This document shows, piece by piece, positions 15,435 through 29,554 of a stretch of 64,000 bases of DNA (its first letter is position 1; each line of letters opens with the position of its first letter). The stretch is taken from positions 21,781-85,780 of the forward strand of contig NW_021832586.1 of the NCBI RefSeq assembly GCF_006345805.1, read 5' to 3'. The position numbers were made by a program, and so were the translations under genes. The notes beneath the pieces were generated by a model that was given only the letters and a program-made list of their open reading frames with translations, made no database searches and was not told where the DNA came from. The stretch comes from Octopus sinensis (taxonomy: Eukaryota).

Positions 15435-18016
15435 TCATTTATTGGCCACTAGGGCCGACATATTGGGGACGATATGGACTGTGGAAATCTTACACGGAAA
15501 CAACGAGTACACAACAGAATAACAATGATATCCAACAAAGAATATAACAAAGAAAGTCCCCCAGTGGATTGGGGGGTAACCACCTAAATTTAGCTCAGGT
15601 ACCCCACCAATCCTGAAATACTCGACGCTTCGAGAGCATCTGGGAAGAGCACCGTTCTCTCTCTGAAATTCACTAGCCTGCAGGCACATTATAAGAGAAG
15701 GCCCACTCACACGTGCTATTTTCGCTACATTCACCCACCTTTTTGCAAATGTACTGAGAGCCAGCACTTCTCTCTACATCTTCATCTTCCTTTCTAAATG
15801 AAATCTGAAAAAGTTGATGAGTTATTGGCCGAACAGAAAAATGTCTGTCTTAAGTCCTTTCAACCTGGTCCACCATACAACCTCTTTCGCTACTGCTATC
15901 AGACAGAGGAAAATTGTCTGCCCTTCCGGGCCAATGGAAAGCGTCGGCTCGGTCTTCACGTGACAACAGCTGATCCGTCCTACACGTGATAACAGCTGAT
16001 CAACATAACTTTACAAGTCAGTAATGCAAGAAAATTGGACGAGTGCGAGCTGAACGGTTTCGTCGCTCTGAGCGCATCTCGGGCAGGTCCGTCTGACAGC
16101 ACTTCCGTGCCTTTGCCGGGGGGCACTGCCAAGCAAAGGATTTCTGAAAGTTATCCATCGTCCCCAGCTCGAAAATACCCCTAAACAGACAGGTTAGTTC
16201 GATTTAGTTAACGCCTAGCGTCTCTCCAAGTACGTCATCGCTCTTTTCCTCCATAGAACTCTAGAGTGGGTGTTCTACTGATAGCATTGCCTGCCTAGTA
16301 GAAGGCAACGAGTGCCTGGCAATATTCTAGATGCCAATCACCCTTCCTCGGTCACTCCCTGACCCAGGATTGCAGCTCAATAAAGGAGACAAGCTGTGGA
16401 AAAGCATGTTTCACAAACGGTAACCACACCTGTTCACCGTTTAGGCAGAATATCTGGAGATGCCACAGCCTCAGCGCATATCTGCGCATCATTAGCCACG
16501 ACATGTCCCGCCCTCGGCGTAGAGGGTGCTGGCAGCAGATGGACCGCCTCACCATTGGAACCTGTCCCCTCCGCAGGAATTTGAAGAGGAGACATTATAA
16601 CTTGGTGAGGTGCGATCGGGGGCAAGGCACAACGGTCAAACAGCAGTTGATGGCGGACGCAATGTACGCATTCGGCACCTCCGCTCAATATTTCAGTGAT
16701 AGCTTCCTACCAGCTAATTCCTGGGTGAGACTGGCTACCCAGCTCGTTTCCTCGTCCCAGTTCTTATCCACCTGGAGGTCTGGTACGAACCAAACTCCAA
16801 GCAACTTTATTGGTCCGTACGCCCAGCGCCCAACGACGCTCTTGGACGGTATGGACTTGCCTCTCCAGGGTCCGAGGCGCAAGCCCACCGACTATTCCGG
16901 GTTAAGTTTTGCTCTCGTTAAATTTTCATGTTCCTCCAATGATGTGCCGACCACCTCGATTTCTGAGGTGTCCGACACCATGACGGTAATGTCGTCAGCA
17001 TACGCCAACACAGTTCTCCTGCTTCCCAGTTCGAGCGGTATGCTCTGCAGCAGTTCTAGCTTCCGCATTAGAGGCTCAACGGCCAATACATACAGAAGGT
17101 CTGAAACGGTTCCAAGAGATGGCTATTAATTTTGACCACAAAGCAGATGCCTCTGTGCATTGCAGCGATCCAACCTCTGAAGACTGGGCCAAAGCCAGCC
17201 GCTTTGATCTATATATCGATCGTTGATCCTATCAAATGCTTTCGATTGATCTAAATTGATTAACGCCCCATCGAAGTTAGGTTTACACTCTACCCTTTCT
17301 ATGATGTATCGCTCGAGGAGATTGTCGTGTATGAACCTAGTCGGTATTGCGCATGTTTGCGCTATTCCGACCAAGTCCTCAACAAACACCAATCTCTTTG
17401 CTAATACATTGACCAAAATCTTAAACTCTGTGTTAAGCAGAGTTATGGGCCTGAAATTTTCTAATGTTTCCCTCTTGTTTTCGTCTTTCCTTATCAGCGT
17501 CACTACGTCTCGGCTCACTGAACTAGGAATACTTCGGTACCGCTGCCAGTTGCTGTAGAGCGCTTCAAGCAGAAACCTGGCATATTTAAGTCTGGCATAT
17601 TTAAGTGTGGCGTATTTAAGTAAAGATCACAGGGCAGACCATGTAATCCTGGTGCCTTACGCCACCTGCAGCCGATAATGGCATCATGAATTTCGGCTGA
17701 AGTTATTTACCTTTTACAGCGCTCAGCGTCGGCCTAGGAGAGACACCGCAAGCTGTGGGGTAGGAACTGAAGTCCGCCACCATCTCCACCCTATCACTCT
17801 TTCCAAACAACCAAGTAAAATGCTGGCGAAAGGCCTCACATAACTGCCTGGAATCGCTCAGCTCGTGTTTGTCTCGGTCCATGAAAGACCAAATTGTGGT
17901 TTTGTTTCTGATTATTTCAGAAAACGAGGGATGCTAGGAGCGTAGGTGGCCAAATGTCTAAAGACACTACATTCACTGTTGCTCACTTCCAGGACCACCA
18001 ACTTCCCGTCTGGGTC
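15435..18016 (-). mobile_element. Tx1/L1-clade LINE, degraded ORF2 (APE remnant, RT, 3' UTR)
   Basis: NFRPITLLNTEFKIL, LDQSKAFDRI, AYADDITV and PIKLLGVWF. APE-like DPDGKLVVLEV...YAP near 17940-18015. Ends in AATAAA. Confidence 0.85.
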
Positions 18017-18670
18017 CCGGAAAACTAGACTTTTGTGTCCAAAAATTTAACGCTAGATTTTGAAAAAACTAGACGTAAATTTCTGTGACTGTTATGCTAG
18101 AAACTATGGCTTTAAATCCAACATAAAATTTACTTCTAGTTTTTCAAAAACTAGCTTTGAATTTTTGGACAAAAAAGTCAAGTTTTCTGGAGGCAGAATA
18201 ATGACAGAATTATTTTGCAAGCCCACGTCATCCCACATTTATCTCCACCGCCTCTCCGATCATCCAAATCATCTCATTCGGTCAAATCCGAAATCTCAGT
18301 TTTTAAAGATAAAACAGATTTGTACTGACATGGGGGATTACTGGAAACATGCAAATGCATTTGTATGTTATTATGTCAAACGCGGTTACAGTGAATCACG
18401 ATTAAAGGAAATAGCAAATGAAATATTAGCAAAGCTAGTCAAACCTATACGCATAATTTTAGCAAACACAATACAATAGATGACAGAATTCCTTTAGTGA
18501 TTAAATGGCACCGACATTTCGCTGGCATTTCAAAAGTTTTGCATAAAAGTTACCAGCATGCGGCGAAAAAGTATTCTCTTTTCATTCCTCAGCCGCCTAT
18601 TGTAACCTTTAGACGAATAAGAATATAAGAGAATTATTGACCGCTATATCTGACTCAAAGAAAACGAAAA
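18017..18670 (+). mobile_element. Penelope-like element RT C-terminal fragment with a 5' fold-back
   Basis: IKFT...FEFLD...TELFCKPTSSHIYLH..SDHP...SQFLKIKQIC, then PPIVTFRR. These are Penelope-type RT thumb motifs. Confidence 0.75.
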
Positions 18671-19512
18671 TCTGGCTTAAAATCTGAAACAGAAGGGTTT
18701 ATCGTAGCAGCTCAAGATCAATGCCTACCAACAAGGAACTACCAGGCCAACATGTTAAAGAACGGCAGTAGCCCAACATGTCGTGTATATCAACAACAAA
18801 ATGAAACCATTGATCATCCAAGTGCAGTCTTCTTGCGCCTACAGAGTATCTCAACAGGCATGATAGAGCTGCACAATATATTAACTGGTAATTTGCAAAA
18901 ACCTGGATTTGCCCCATGAAAAAAAACTGGTGGGAACACAAACCACCTCCAGTGCTTGAAAATGACCACATCTCACTCCCCTGGAACTTCACCATTCAAA
19001 CTGACAGAAAGATAGATGCAAATAGGCCAGACATCATATTGAAAGACCAGACAAAAAACATGCCTCCTCATTGATATGACTGTCCCAATCGATATAAATG
19101 TATCTGTCAAGACCTACCAAAAACTTGAAATAGAAATCAGCAAAATGTGGAACCTGAAGACTAAAACAATACCTGTTGTCATAGGTGCCCTGGGAATGAT
19201 AGCAAAAGGGGCTGATTGCTACCTAACTCAGATACCAGGAAACCCCAAAATGGCAGAAATTCAAAAGATAGTGCTCATGGGAACTGCTCATATCCTACAT
19301 AAAATACTTTCTATGTAATCTCAAGTTTTAAAACAAATATAATTTTCTTATGGTTTTTTAAACATTCTCTAGAACAATACTTTGTGCAAAACCAAATATA
19401 TCGCACCCTAGGCATAATACCAACTTAAACTTCTAACTTGTTCTCTATCGAGTTCTCTGGGTGAGACTTGGAGTCAATTTGTACAAATATAAAGCAAAAG
19501 TCAAACATAGAA
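18671..19512 (+). mobile_element. R4/Dong LINE, family C, 3' fragment
   Basis: SGLKSETEGF...MTVPIDINVSVK...IPVVIGALG, family-C 3' end, then (AAT)n. Confidence 0.88.
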
Positions 19513-19715
19513 TAATAATAATTATAATAATAACAATAATAATAACAACAACAACAACAACAATAATAATAATAATAATAACAACAACAATAATAATAAT
19601 AATAACAATAATAATAATAACAATAATAATAATAATAATATTAATAATAATAGTAATAATAATAATAATAATAATAATGATGATAATAATAATAATGATG
19701 ATGATGATGATGATA

Positions 19716-19774
<59 letters not shown>

Positions 19775-19804
19775 AATAATAATAATAATAATAATAATAA
19801 TGGG

Positions 19805-20375
19805 TTAAAATAAACAGAAAGGAAATCGATAAAGCAAAATCACAACAATGGCAGAGAAGCTCAGTACGCAAAGCAGAGACCGAAAGATTTTTAATTGCAG
19901 CACAAGATCAAAGCCTTCCCTCCAGAAATCATCAAAAAACATGTAATGAAAAGAAATACAAGTGCGATATATGAGGAGATGGACAAGAAACAATAAATCA
20001 TATTTTCTGTGGCTGCCCAATCCTGGCTAAGAAGGAATATAGTCACAGGTACGACAGAGTTCGGACTTATATATCCTGGAAGCTATGCTAACACTATGAA
20101 ATTATAATAGAAAAGTGATGGTACAGGCACACGCCAGAAAAGATCACTGAAAATGAAAAAGCAACCATACTCTGGGATAGAGAAATTAAGGTCAATAGTC
20201 GGAATGTAGTTGTCAGAGATTACCAACAAAAAAATTATTTTCTAATCGATGTGTCAATACCAATAGATGACAATACAGAGATCAGAAAACAAAGTAACTC
20301 GAATGTGGAGCCTAAAGACAGAAACAATTCTTTCCATAGTAGGTGCATGACGTATGAGAAAAATATTTTTTCAGT
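19805..20375 (+). mobile_element. Degraded family-A-like R4/Dong fragment
   Basis: Alignable to 24820-25420 with many mutations. Confidence 0.75.
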
Positions 20376-21124
20376 TTTGATCATGAGATTTAAACAAACT
20401 TTTATTTCGTGCGTTCACTGTAACTTTTTACCGGTAAGCTGGGACATGACGTGGTGGAGATTACAATAACGATAATAATAATAACAATAATAATAATAAT
20501 ATAATAATAATAATATAATAATAATATAATAATAATAATATAATAATAATAATAATAATAATAAATAATAATAATATTAATAACGACAATAATGACAATA
20601 ATAAAACACGTGAAAGTCATGGACAGGCGAGACAGAATTCTTTCATGCTTTCAGATATCCTCGGTGGCCCTAAGGTGGCACTAAAGGTAATAAAGACTGA
20701 CCTTTACTTCCCAGCTAAATGATAGCAAATTTTCCTCAGAACACTTCTTACTATAATGACGAAAGAAAGAAAACTAATAATCTAGTTTACGAAAAACAAA
20801 TGTATGTATGGTTACGCTGGGATTGTTTTTGATTCTAGGACTTTTCGAGCAAAGTTAACCTAAATTTAGACAACCATATTTACAATAACAAAAACAAAAA
20901 AAAACAATAATAATATCAATAGAATTGATAATGTTTTGTTAGATAAACACAAAGGAAAATATTTTGTTAAAGAAGAAAAGTAAATAATAGGGACTGGTAC
21001 TTAATATATCAGTCTTTGGACAAAATCATTTCTAGTGGAATTTGAATTCATAAAGTATCAAATAAACACATTAAAAAAATAAGTTAATAGTTCATAAAAA
21101 AGAACTTTTAGTAAAATTTGTTAA

Positions 21125-21925
21125 TTTGAAGTGTCAGAAAGAGACATTGTGAAAAGCAATGGTAATTTTAGAATTTTATGGAATTTTTCCATAATAGCTG
21201 AACGTATCAATGAAGCAAGGAAACAAGGTCTAATCGTAGATAACGGAAAAAGAAATGGTGTAAGATCATATATTTCGTATATCCATATAATAATAGTGTA
21301 TGTATCAGGTAATGAAAATTCAACAAAAAATTTAGATATAGGCGCAGGTGTGTGTGTGCGGTAAGAAGCTTGATTCTCAACAGCATAGATCCAGGTTGAG
21401 TACCAGTATGTGAATCCTCGGCCAAGTGTCTTCTACTATAGCCGCCAAACTTTGTGAATGGATTCGGCAGAAGGAAACTGAAAGAAGCTAGTTGTATACG
21501 GGCCGACGAAAGCCTTGTGAATAGATTTGGTGGAAGGAAACTGAGAAAAGCCAGTGATTAACACCAAAATGTACTTCAAAATGCACAATTTGCAGTGTAC
21601 ACTGACTTGTAGCCGAAACACTAACTCAATTTTGATGAATTGAAGTGGGAAATAGGGAAATAGTGGGCAAAAGAATAGAGTGGAAGGGATACCAATAGTA
21701 ATGGCGCACTTGTATGTATTGGCATTCAACTGGCAGCATGGCTCAAAAAGGTTGGTGCAAATGTAAAGATAGAACACCTACAAAACCAATCATTGCTTGG
21801 AATTGTAAGAGTTCGCCCAGGGTTCTTGAAGCATGATCAGTAACGCAGTCACAACTTAGTCTACTGGCAGGGTCAGCTGAAACGTTCCACCATACCCTGC
21901 AAAGTAAGCTGAAAGTTTTCTCCAA
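21125..21925 (+). mobile_element. Degraded family-D R4/Dong 3' fragment interrupted by a SINE family 1 head (~21340-21560)
   Basis: NGNFRILWNF motif. 21770-21925 matches the reverse complement of 3980-4135. GGCGCAGG...GGTAAGAAGCTTG head lies inside. Confidence 0.65.
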
Positions 21926-21952
21926 ATAATAATAATAATAATGATAATAATG

Positions 21953-22008
<56 letters not shown>

Positions 22009-22297
22009 AATGATAATAGCAACAACAACAACAATAATAATAATAATAATAATAATAATAGCAATAATAATAATATTAATAATAATAACAATAACGATAA
22101 TAATAATAACAATAATAATAATAATGATAATAATAACGATAAAAATAATAATAATAATAATATTAATAATGACATAATAACAATAACAAAATAACAATAA
22201 CAATAATAACAATAATAATAAAAAAAACAATAATAATAACAATAATAATAACATTAATAATAATGATAATAATAACAATAATAATGATAATAAAAAC

Positions 22298-22331
<34 letters not shown>

Positions 22332-22577
22332 TGAAATGATAATAATAATATAATAATATATTAATATAATAATAATAATAACCAACAATAATAATATAAT
22401 AACAATAATATTCATAATTATAATAATATACAACAACCACAATAACAATAACAATAATAATAATAACGACAACTACAACAATAACTATAACAACAACAAC
22501 AACACAATAATAATAACAATAATAATAATAACAATAATAGTAATAAAAATAATAAAAAAAATAATAATAATAATAAT

Positions 22578-22614
<37 letters not shown>

Positions 22615-22627
22615 ACAATAATAATAA

Positions 22628-22696
<69 letters not shown>

Positions 22697-22698
<2 letters not shown>

Positions 22699-22835
22699 GC
22701 TATGCCAACATTATAAGCTATGCCAACATTATGGCTATGCCAACATTATGGCTATGCCAACATTATGGCTATGCCAACATTATGGCTATGCCAACATTAT
22801 GGCTATGCCAACATTATAAGCTATGCCAACATTAT
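22697..22835 (+). repeat. Eight tandem copies of a 17-18-bp unit (core GCTATGCCAACATTAT) at a Dong 5' junction
   Basis: Counted directly. The unit is single-copy in other family-A elements, e.g. near 25101 and 41736. Confidence 0.92.
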
Positions 22836-23365
22836 GGAATAACAACAGAAAAAAGATGGTATAGGCACACACCAGAAAAGGTCACAGAAAACAAGAAAGC
22901 AACCATACTCTGGGATATGTCGATACACACAGATAGAGAAATTAAGGCCAACAGACCAGATATAGTTGTCAGAGATCATGAAGAAAAAATGCTTTCTAAT
23001 TGATGTATCAATACCGGCAGATGACAACGTGTCTCTAAAAGAAATGGAGAAACTCTCAAAATACAAAGACCTGGAAATAGAGGTAACTAGAATGTGGAAT
23101 CTGAAAACAGAAACAATTCCTATCATAGTAGGAGCATTAGGCATGATAAAAAATATTCAGACAAATACATAACAAAAACACCAAGACTTCCAAACACATA
23201 TAACATACAGAAAATTGCACTACTAGGCACTGCACACATCCTACGCAGTACACTTTCTATACAATAACCATCAAAGCATCACAACAAATCACAGCACATA
23301 CCCAAGGCACACAGAGCTGCGCTCGGTAGTGAAGTGAAAGCACGCTATAAAAATAAAACTACTGA
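22697..23365 (+). mobile_element. R4/Dong LINE, family A, 3' fragment
   Basis: KANRPDIVV, FLIDVSIP, KLSKYKDLEIE and the family-A 3' end. Confidence 0.92.
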
Positions 23366-23395
23366 ATAATAATAATAATAATAATAATATTAATT

Positions 23396-25651
23396 CAGAG
23401 ACAATGCCTGAATGGCTAACGAAGGGGAAAAACATCTTAATTCCCAAATCAAATGAGTCAGCAAAACCAGAAAACTACAGACCAATAACCTGTCTCCCTA
23501 CAATGTACAAGGCATTTACTGCAGTGATATCGCAAAGGTTGAGCAAGCACCTGGATGAAAACAACCTGTTTCCAGAAGAGCAGAAAGGATCCCGCAAAGG
23601 CTCTTATGGCTGTAAAGATCAACTAATGATTAATAAAGCCATTACTGAAGACAGCTACAGAAAGAAGAAAGGTCTCGGTATGGCCTAGATCGACTACAAA
23701 AAGGCGTTTGATAGCATCCCCCACACATGGATCCTCGAAACACTAGCCATTAACAAAGTAGCACCAACAATTATAAAATTCAGAGCACACTCTATGAATA
23801 AATGGCAAACAGTGCTACAGCTCAAAACAAACGAGGGACTCATAAAAACCAAAGTCATCCCCATTAAAAGAGGAATATCCAGGGAGATACGCTCTCTCCA
23901 CTCCTTTTCTGCTTGGCACTGTCAACTATCTGATATGCTAAATAGAACTGGACGCGGATATAAATGTTACGGCAAAACGCTCAAAAACCTTTTATATATG
24001 GATGACCTAAAACTCTACGCTGCTAATGACAAACAGCTGGAAACACTATTAAAGACAGTTCATGGATTTACCAAAGAAATAGATATGAAATTTGGATTAG
24101 AAAAATGTGCCAAATTAACCATGAAAAGAGGAGAACTAGTTAAGAGTAGCAACATCACACTAGATAAAACCAATGAAATAAAAGAATTAGACCAAAGCCA
24201 AACTTACAAATACTTAGGAATCCATGAACTAGATAAGATACAACACACACAAATGAAAGAGAAAATAAAAAAAGAATATTATAGACGAGTTAGATCAATA
24301 CTAAAAACAGAGCTCAATGCTAACAACAAAATAATAGGGATTAACACTTTAGCTGTCCCAGTTATAAGTTACAGCTACAATATCCTTAACTGGACACTAA
24401 ATGAACTGACCAAAATAGATAGGAAAACAAGAAAAATAATGACAGGATCTAGGATGCATCACCCAAAATCTGACATACAAAGACTCTATATACAACGTAT
24501 AGAAGGTGGTAGAGGCCTTATACAGCTGCAAAACTACTATAAAATAACCACCATAGGACAGCAAAAATATCTACTTCAGAAGGAAGGAAAAATGATACAA
24601 TAAGCGCCAAAACACGAGCAAAACAAAAAGCTGTTCTCAGTATTTAAGGAAGCTGACAAATATAAACAAGAAATCATACCACCTAATAAATATGAAGTAG
24701 AAGAAGAAGCTGAAGAAACAACAAAAGCTATAAAACAAATGAAATCCAAACTAAAAATAGAACAGCAACGAACCATGATAAAACGATGGCAAGAAAAGCC
24801 CCTTCATGGTAAATACTGGACTAAACTAAACGCAAAAGAAATAGACAAAGAAAAATCCCAGCAATGGCTGAGAAGCTCAGGACTCAAAGCGGAGAAAGAG
24901 GGATCTTTAATTGCAGCAAGAGACCAAAGCCACCCCACCAGAAATTACCAAAACATGTAATGAAAAGAAATATAACAAGTAACTGCAGAATATGTGGAGA
25001 TGGATAAGAAACAATAAATCATATTATCTCTGGCTGCCCAGTCCTGGCTAAGAAGAAATATATTCACAGACATGACAGAGTTGGAACCTACATACATTGG
25101 AAGCTATGCCAACATTATGGAATATATAACAACAAAAAAAAGATGGTATAGGCACACACCAGAAAAGGTCACAGTAAACGAGACAGCAACCATACTCTGG
25201 GATATGCCGATACACACAGATAGAGAAATTAAGGCCAACAGACCAGATATAGTTATCAGAGATCATGAAGAAAAAATGCTTTCTAATTGATGTATCAATA
25301 CCGGCGGATGACAACGTCCTCTAAAAGAAATGGAGAAACTCTCAAAATACAAAGATCTGGAAATAGAGGTAACCAGAATGTGGAATCTAAAAACAGAAAC
25401 AATTCCTATCTTAGTAGGAGCATTAGGTATGATAAAAAAATATTCAGACAAATACATAACAAAAACACCAGGACTTACAAACACTTACAAACATACAGAA
25501 AATTGCACTATTAGGCACTGCACACATCCGAAGCAGAACATTTTCCATACAATAACCATCAGAGCATCACAACATATCACAGCACATACTCAAGGCACAC
25601 AGAGCTGCGCTCGGTAGTGAAGTGAAAGCACATTATAAAATAAAACTACTG
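23396..25651 (+). mobile_element. R4/Dong LINE, family A, 5'-truncated (RT to 3' end), disrupted ORF
   Basis: YRPITCLPTMYK, EQKG, LYMDDLKLY, CCHC, RLE and 3' UTR, with stops and frameshifts. Confidence 0.93.
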
Positions 25652-25682
25652 CATAATGATAATAATAATGATAATAATAATG

Positions 25683-25722
<40 letters not shown>

Positions 25723-26021
25723 TAATAATAATGATAATGATAATAATAATAACAATAATAACGTTGATGATGATGATAATAATAATAATAATAATAACAA
25801 CAACAACAACAACAATAATAATAATAACAATAATAATGATGAAAATGATAATAATAACAACAATGATAATGATAATGATAATGATAATGATAATGACAAT
25901 GACAATGACAATGATAATTGTTGCGATAATGATAATGATAATGATAGGATGATGATAATAATAATGATAATAATAATGATAATGATAATGATAATAATAT
26001 TAATAATAATAATAAATAATA

Positions 26022-26089
<68 letters not shown>

Positions 26090-26104
26090 TTAATAATAAT
26101 AATA

Positions 26105-26583
26105 ACATTGTTTTGTCTTGGTATAAAAGATGGGCTACAGCAAATATTCTGCTCAATACCACAGATTTGCTTGTCATTGTTTGATCTTAACCTGTTGAGC
26201 GTGTCCTTTAGTGGCTGACGATATGTGCATCTCTGATCACGAGCAGAAGTAGTGGGGGAGCATCATAGCATGTGTTGAGAGGGATTCTTGGGGTTTAATA
26301 ATTCACCTCTGGAAACATGGGTGGTTCTTTCAACATCTTAAACAACCCTTATTGAGGGACCTTTTGAGCGGGATTGTTACTTAACCTGAAGAAAATTCTA
26401 ACTAGGCCCCACCTGCAAGGTCATGTGCTGTTTATCTTGATATGAAATTACAATGTCGCACACATATTGTTGTGATGCATGTGCCTGGTGTACCCTTATC
26501 AGACGGGTAGTCATGATGGGTATATTGGGCTTCGTGTATTTTACCCCAGTCTCACTTTGATGGCATGAACTTCTCTCTCACTC
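26105..26583 (+). mobile_element. ~535-nt non-coding retroposon, copy 4 (5'-truncated by about 60 nt)
   Basis: Matches 14654-15091 and ends CTCTCTCACTC(AAT)n. Confidence 0.85.
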
Positions 26584-26597
26584 AATAATAATAATAT

Positions 26598-26820
26598 GGT
26601 ACCGGCTCTCATGGCTTCTGATCTTAACTGATTGGAAGTGTTATCATGTACATGGTTTTGTCTTGGTATAAATGACGTGCTACAGCAAATATTCTGCTGA
26701 ATACCACATATTTGCTTGTAGTTGCTTGACATTAATCAGTTGCGTATGTCTCTTAGTGGTTGACGATATGTGCATCTCTGATCACGAGCAGAAGTAGTGG
26801 GGGAGCATCAAAACCATGTG
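26598..26820 (+). mobile_element. ~535-nt non-coding retroposon, copy 5 (5' part only)
   Basis: Matches 14608-14825 and lies in tandem with copy 4 across a short (AAT)n spacer. Confidence 0.8.
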
Positions 26821-26977
26821 GTGTGTTATTATGCGCAGGTCATATAAATTTAATATTTACCCAATATTTACTGGGTATTAACCGAAACAGCTGTAAGGGA
26901 TAATGATTAATGTGTTGTTAATAATAAACAATTATGACCTTCCAATTTCCACTTTCTTTTCTTCTTTTGTATGAATA

Positions 26978-27031
<54 letters not shown>

Positions 27032-27056
27032 ATATAAATATATATATATAATATAC

Positions 27057-27089
<33 letters not shown>

Positions 27090-28124
27090 ATATATTTATA
27101 AATTATATATATTTATATACATAGTTATATATATATTATTTTAATGAAATTACTTTCCCAAGAATACTAGGTATTGAACCAATATTTCCTTATATGGAGA
27201 CTGCTACATCTGCAAGAAATAAGCAAACCCAGTTACACTTGCGTTTTATTGACTAGAGTTGTGTTTCCCCATTTATTCCCCTATAACGTTCCAGAAAAAT
27301 GTATGCCCCACCGGTGGTTGAAGAAAAACCAACTTTGTTTTGAGAATTATTTAATACAAAAGAATCTACCGTTAACTCTTTTGTTAAATTATGAATAGAA
27401 TAATAAATATATTATTGATTAAGAAAAACACAGCATTGAATCACTTTAATGAGAACCTTTTGCCCGGCGACTACGGCATCATGCACCGCCCCGACTACCC
27501 TTGGTCCAACCGGTTGGGAATTACTGGACTAGAGTAACATATACAAAGGATTGGGCTAAAGGAAACGGCCTACTGGAATTCGAAACTGCATCGATGGTAC
27601 CTTTTCCACAAACTTACACTCTTCGACAATGCAGAGACAGTTACAGATAACGTTAGTTGAAAACAAATCAATTAAATCCACGAAGCAAAGCTTATGATCT
27701 GAGAGAGTGGGCTGAGGAGTGTGAAGGCAAATAGTTCGTTGGTCTTTCACTTACGTCATAGAAGGATGAGCATTCAAAAGTAAATCAAGACAACTTCACA
27801 ACGTAACAGAGAAATCCCGTTCTAAGAACTAGAATCAATTTCTCAGCTGGTTCTACCGGTTGTGCCTTGTAAAGAAAACGCGCCTACAAACAAACCACCC
27901 TAACAACATTGTATTGACATTTTTAAAAGTCATATCATCCACCTGGCTCTTTCCCTTCCTCTCTTTCTCGCGACATACCAACACTAACATCTGGAACACG
28001 CTAATTACATATGTTATTTCACCCAAATTAAAAATGTGAACATTTCATAAACATTAACATATACTTCATTTTCTAACTGCTCAAAGTCCGACCATTTCAT
28101 TGTCGAATTTTTAACCAAAATTAA

Positions 28125-28880
28125 GGCGGCGAGCTGGCAGAATCGTTAGCACCTGGCAAAGTGCTTAGTGGCATTTCGTCTTCATGTACTGAGTTCGAAT
28201 TGTGCCGTGGTCAAGTTTCGCATTCATCTTTTCAGGGACGATAAAATAAATACCAGCTGAGCTTGTTTCCGAACCACATCGTTCCGGGTTCAGTCCCACA
28301 GCATGGGTCCTTGGACTAGTACCTTGTAGTATTGCCTCGGGCCGACCAAAGTCTCTTGAGTGGATTTGGTTGACGGAAACTGAAAGAAACCGGTCGTTTA
28401 TATATGTAAGTGTATGTGTCTGTGTTTGTGGCTCAAATGTACAGAAAACAAAAGACAAAGACAGGTGAGAGTGCAATAAGCCAGTGTATTAAGTTGACGC
28501 ACGAGAAAAGTGGAAAATCCTTTACTGTTTTGAATCTACGCTCATCGACAGAAAGGGAAGAGAGGAAACAATAGAGAGAGAATAATTGTGTCTTGATTAA
28601 CGATTCCACACACGACACAAATACACACATTCACACACACACATACAAGAAAACACGCGCGCGTGTGTGTGACTGTGTGTGTCTTTATGCATGTGCTTTT
28701 CCCCACTATCGCTTGACAACCGGCGATGGTGTCTTTATGTCACTGTAACTCAGCAACTAGGAAAAACAGACCGATAGAATAAGTACTTAGCTTAAAAATA
28801 AAGTACTAGTGTTGGTTTACTTGATTAAGAAATTCTTCCAGTTAGTGCCCCAGAATAGCCTAAGTATAAGATAAAAGATA
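28125..28880 (+). mobile_element. SINE family 2 head followed by a split SINE family 1 copy
   Basis: GGCGGCGAGCTGGCAGAATCGTTAGC head, family-1 body from about 28262, family-1 tail at about 28690-28880. Confidence 0.7.
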
Positions 28881-29140
28881 TGTTTATGTCACTCTTAGCT
28901 ACGTTGTATAAGTGTAATGTAATGATACACACAAACACATATTTCTTTGAATTTAATTTAATTTCTTTTTGAGAGAGTTCAAAGCGACAAAACTTTTTGA
29001 ATTAAGAGAGATCTCGGCATTTGTATATATGTTGTAGAATTGGTGTGTTGGTCGAGCTGCCAATGCATACACCCGAGTGTGTGCATCTTTTCACATAAGA
29101 ATCTCAGATGGAGAATTTTAAAATGTCTTATACATATATA

Positions 29141-29545
29141 GGCGCAGGAGTGGCTATGTGATAAGTAGCTTGCTTACCAACCACATGGTTCCGGGTTCAG
29201 TCCCACTGCGTGGCATCTTGGGCAAGCGTCTTCTGCTATAGCCCTGGGCGACCAATGCCTTGTGAGTGGATTTGGTAGACGGAAACTGAAAGAAGCCTGT
29301 CGTATATATGTATATATATACATATGTGTATGTGTGTGTATATGTTTGTGCGTCTGTGTTTGTCTAGTATTGCTTGACAACCGATGCTGGTTCGGCAAAA
29401 GGACCGATAGAATATAAGTACTGGGCGTACAAAGAATAAGTCCGGGGTCGATTTGCTCGACTAAAGGCGTGTGTGCTGCTCCAGCATGGCCCAGTCCACA
29501 TGACTGACTGAAACAAGTAAAAGAGTAAAGAGTAAAGAGTAAATA
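29141..29545 (+). mobile_element. SINE family 1 (tRNA-like head, central TA/TG tract, AAGAGT tail), full length
   Basis: GGCGCAGGAGTGGCT (A-box-like)...GGTTCAGTCCC (B-box-like). Many copies in the window. Confidence 0.85.
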
Positions 29546-29554
29546 CAAATTACC

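Noticed and set aside
22697-22835. CRISPR-like regular repeats (also the units at 31557-32040)
   Set aside because: No unique spacers, no cas genes and a eukaryotic context. The first unit derives from the LINE itself.
27500-27530. hAT-like terminus (CAGTAATTCCCAACC on the minus strand)
   Set aside because: Single end only, with no TSD or coding evidence.
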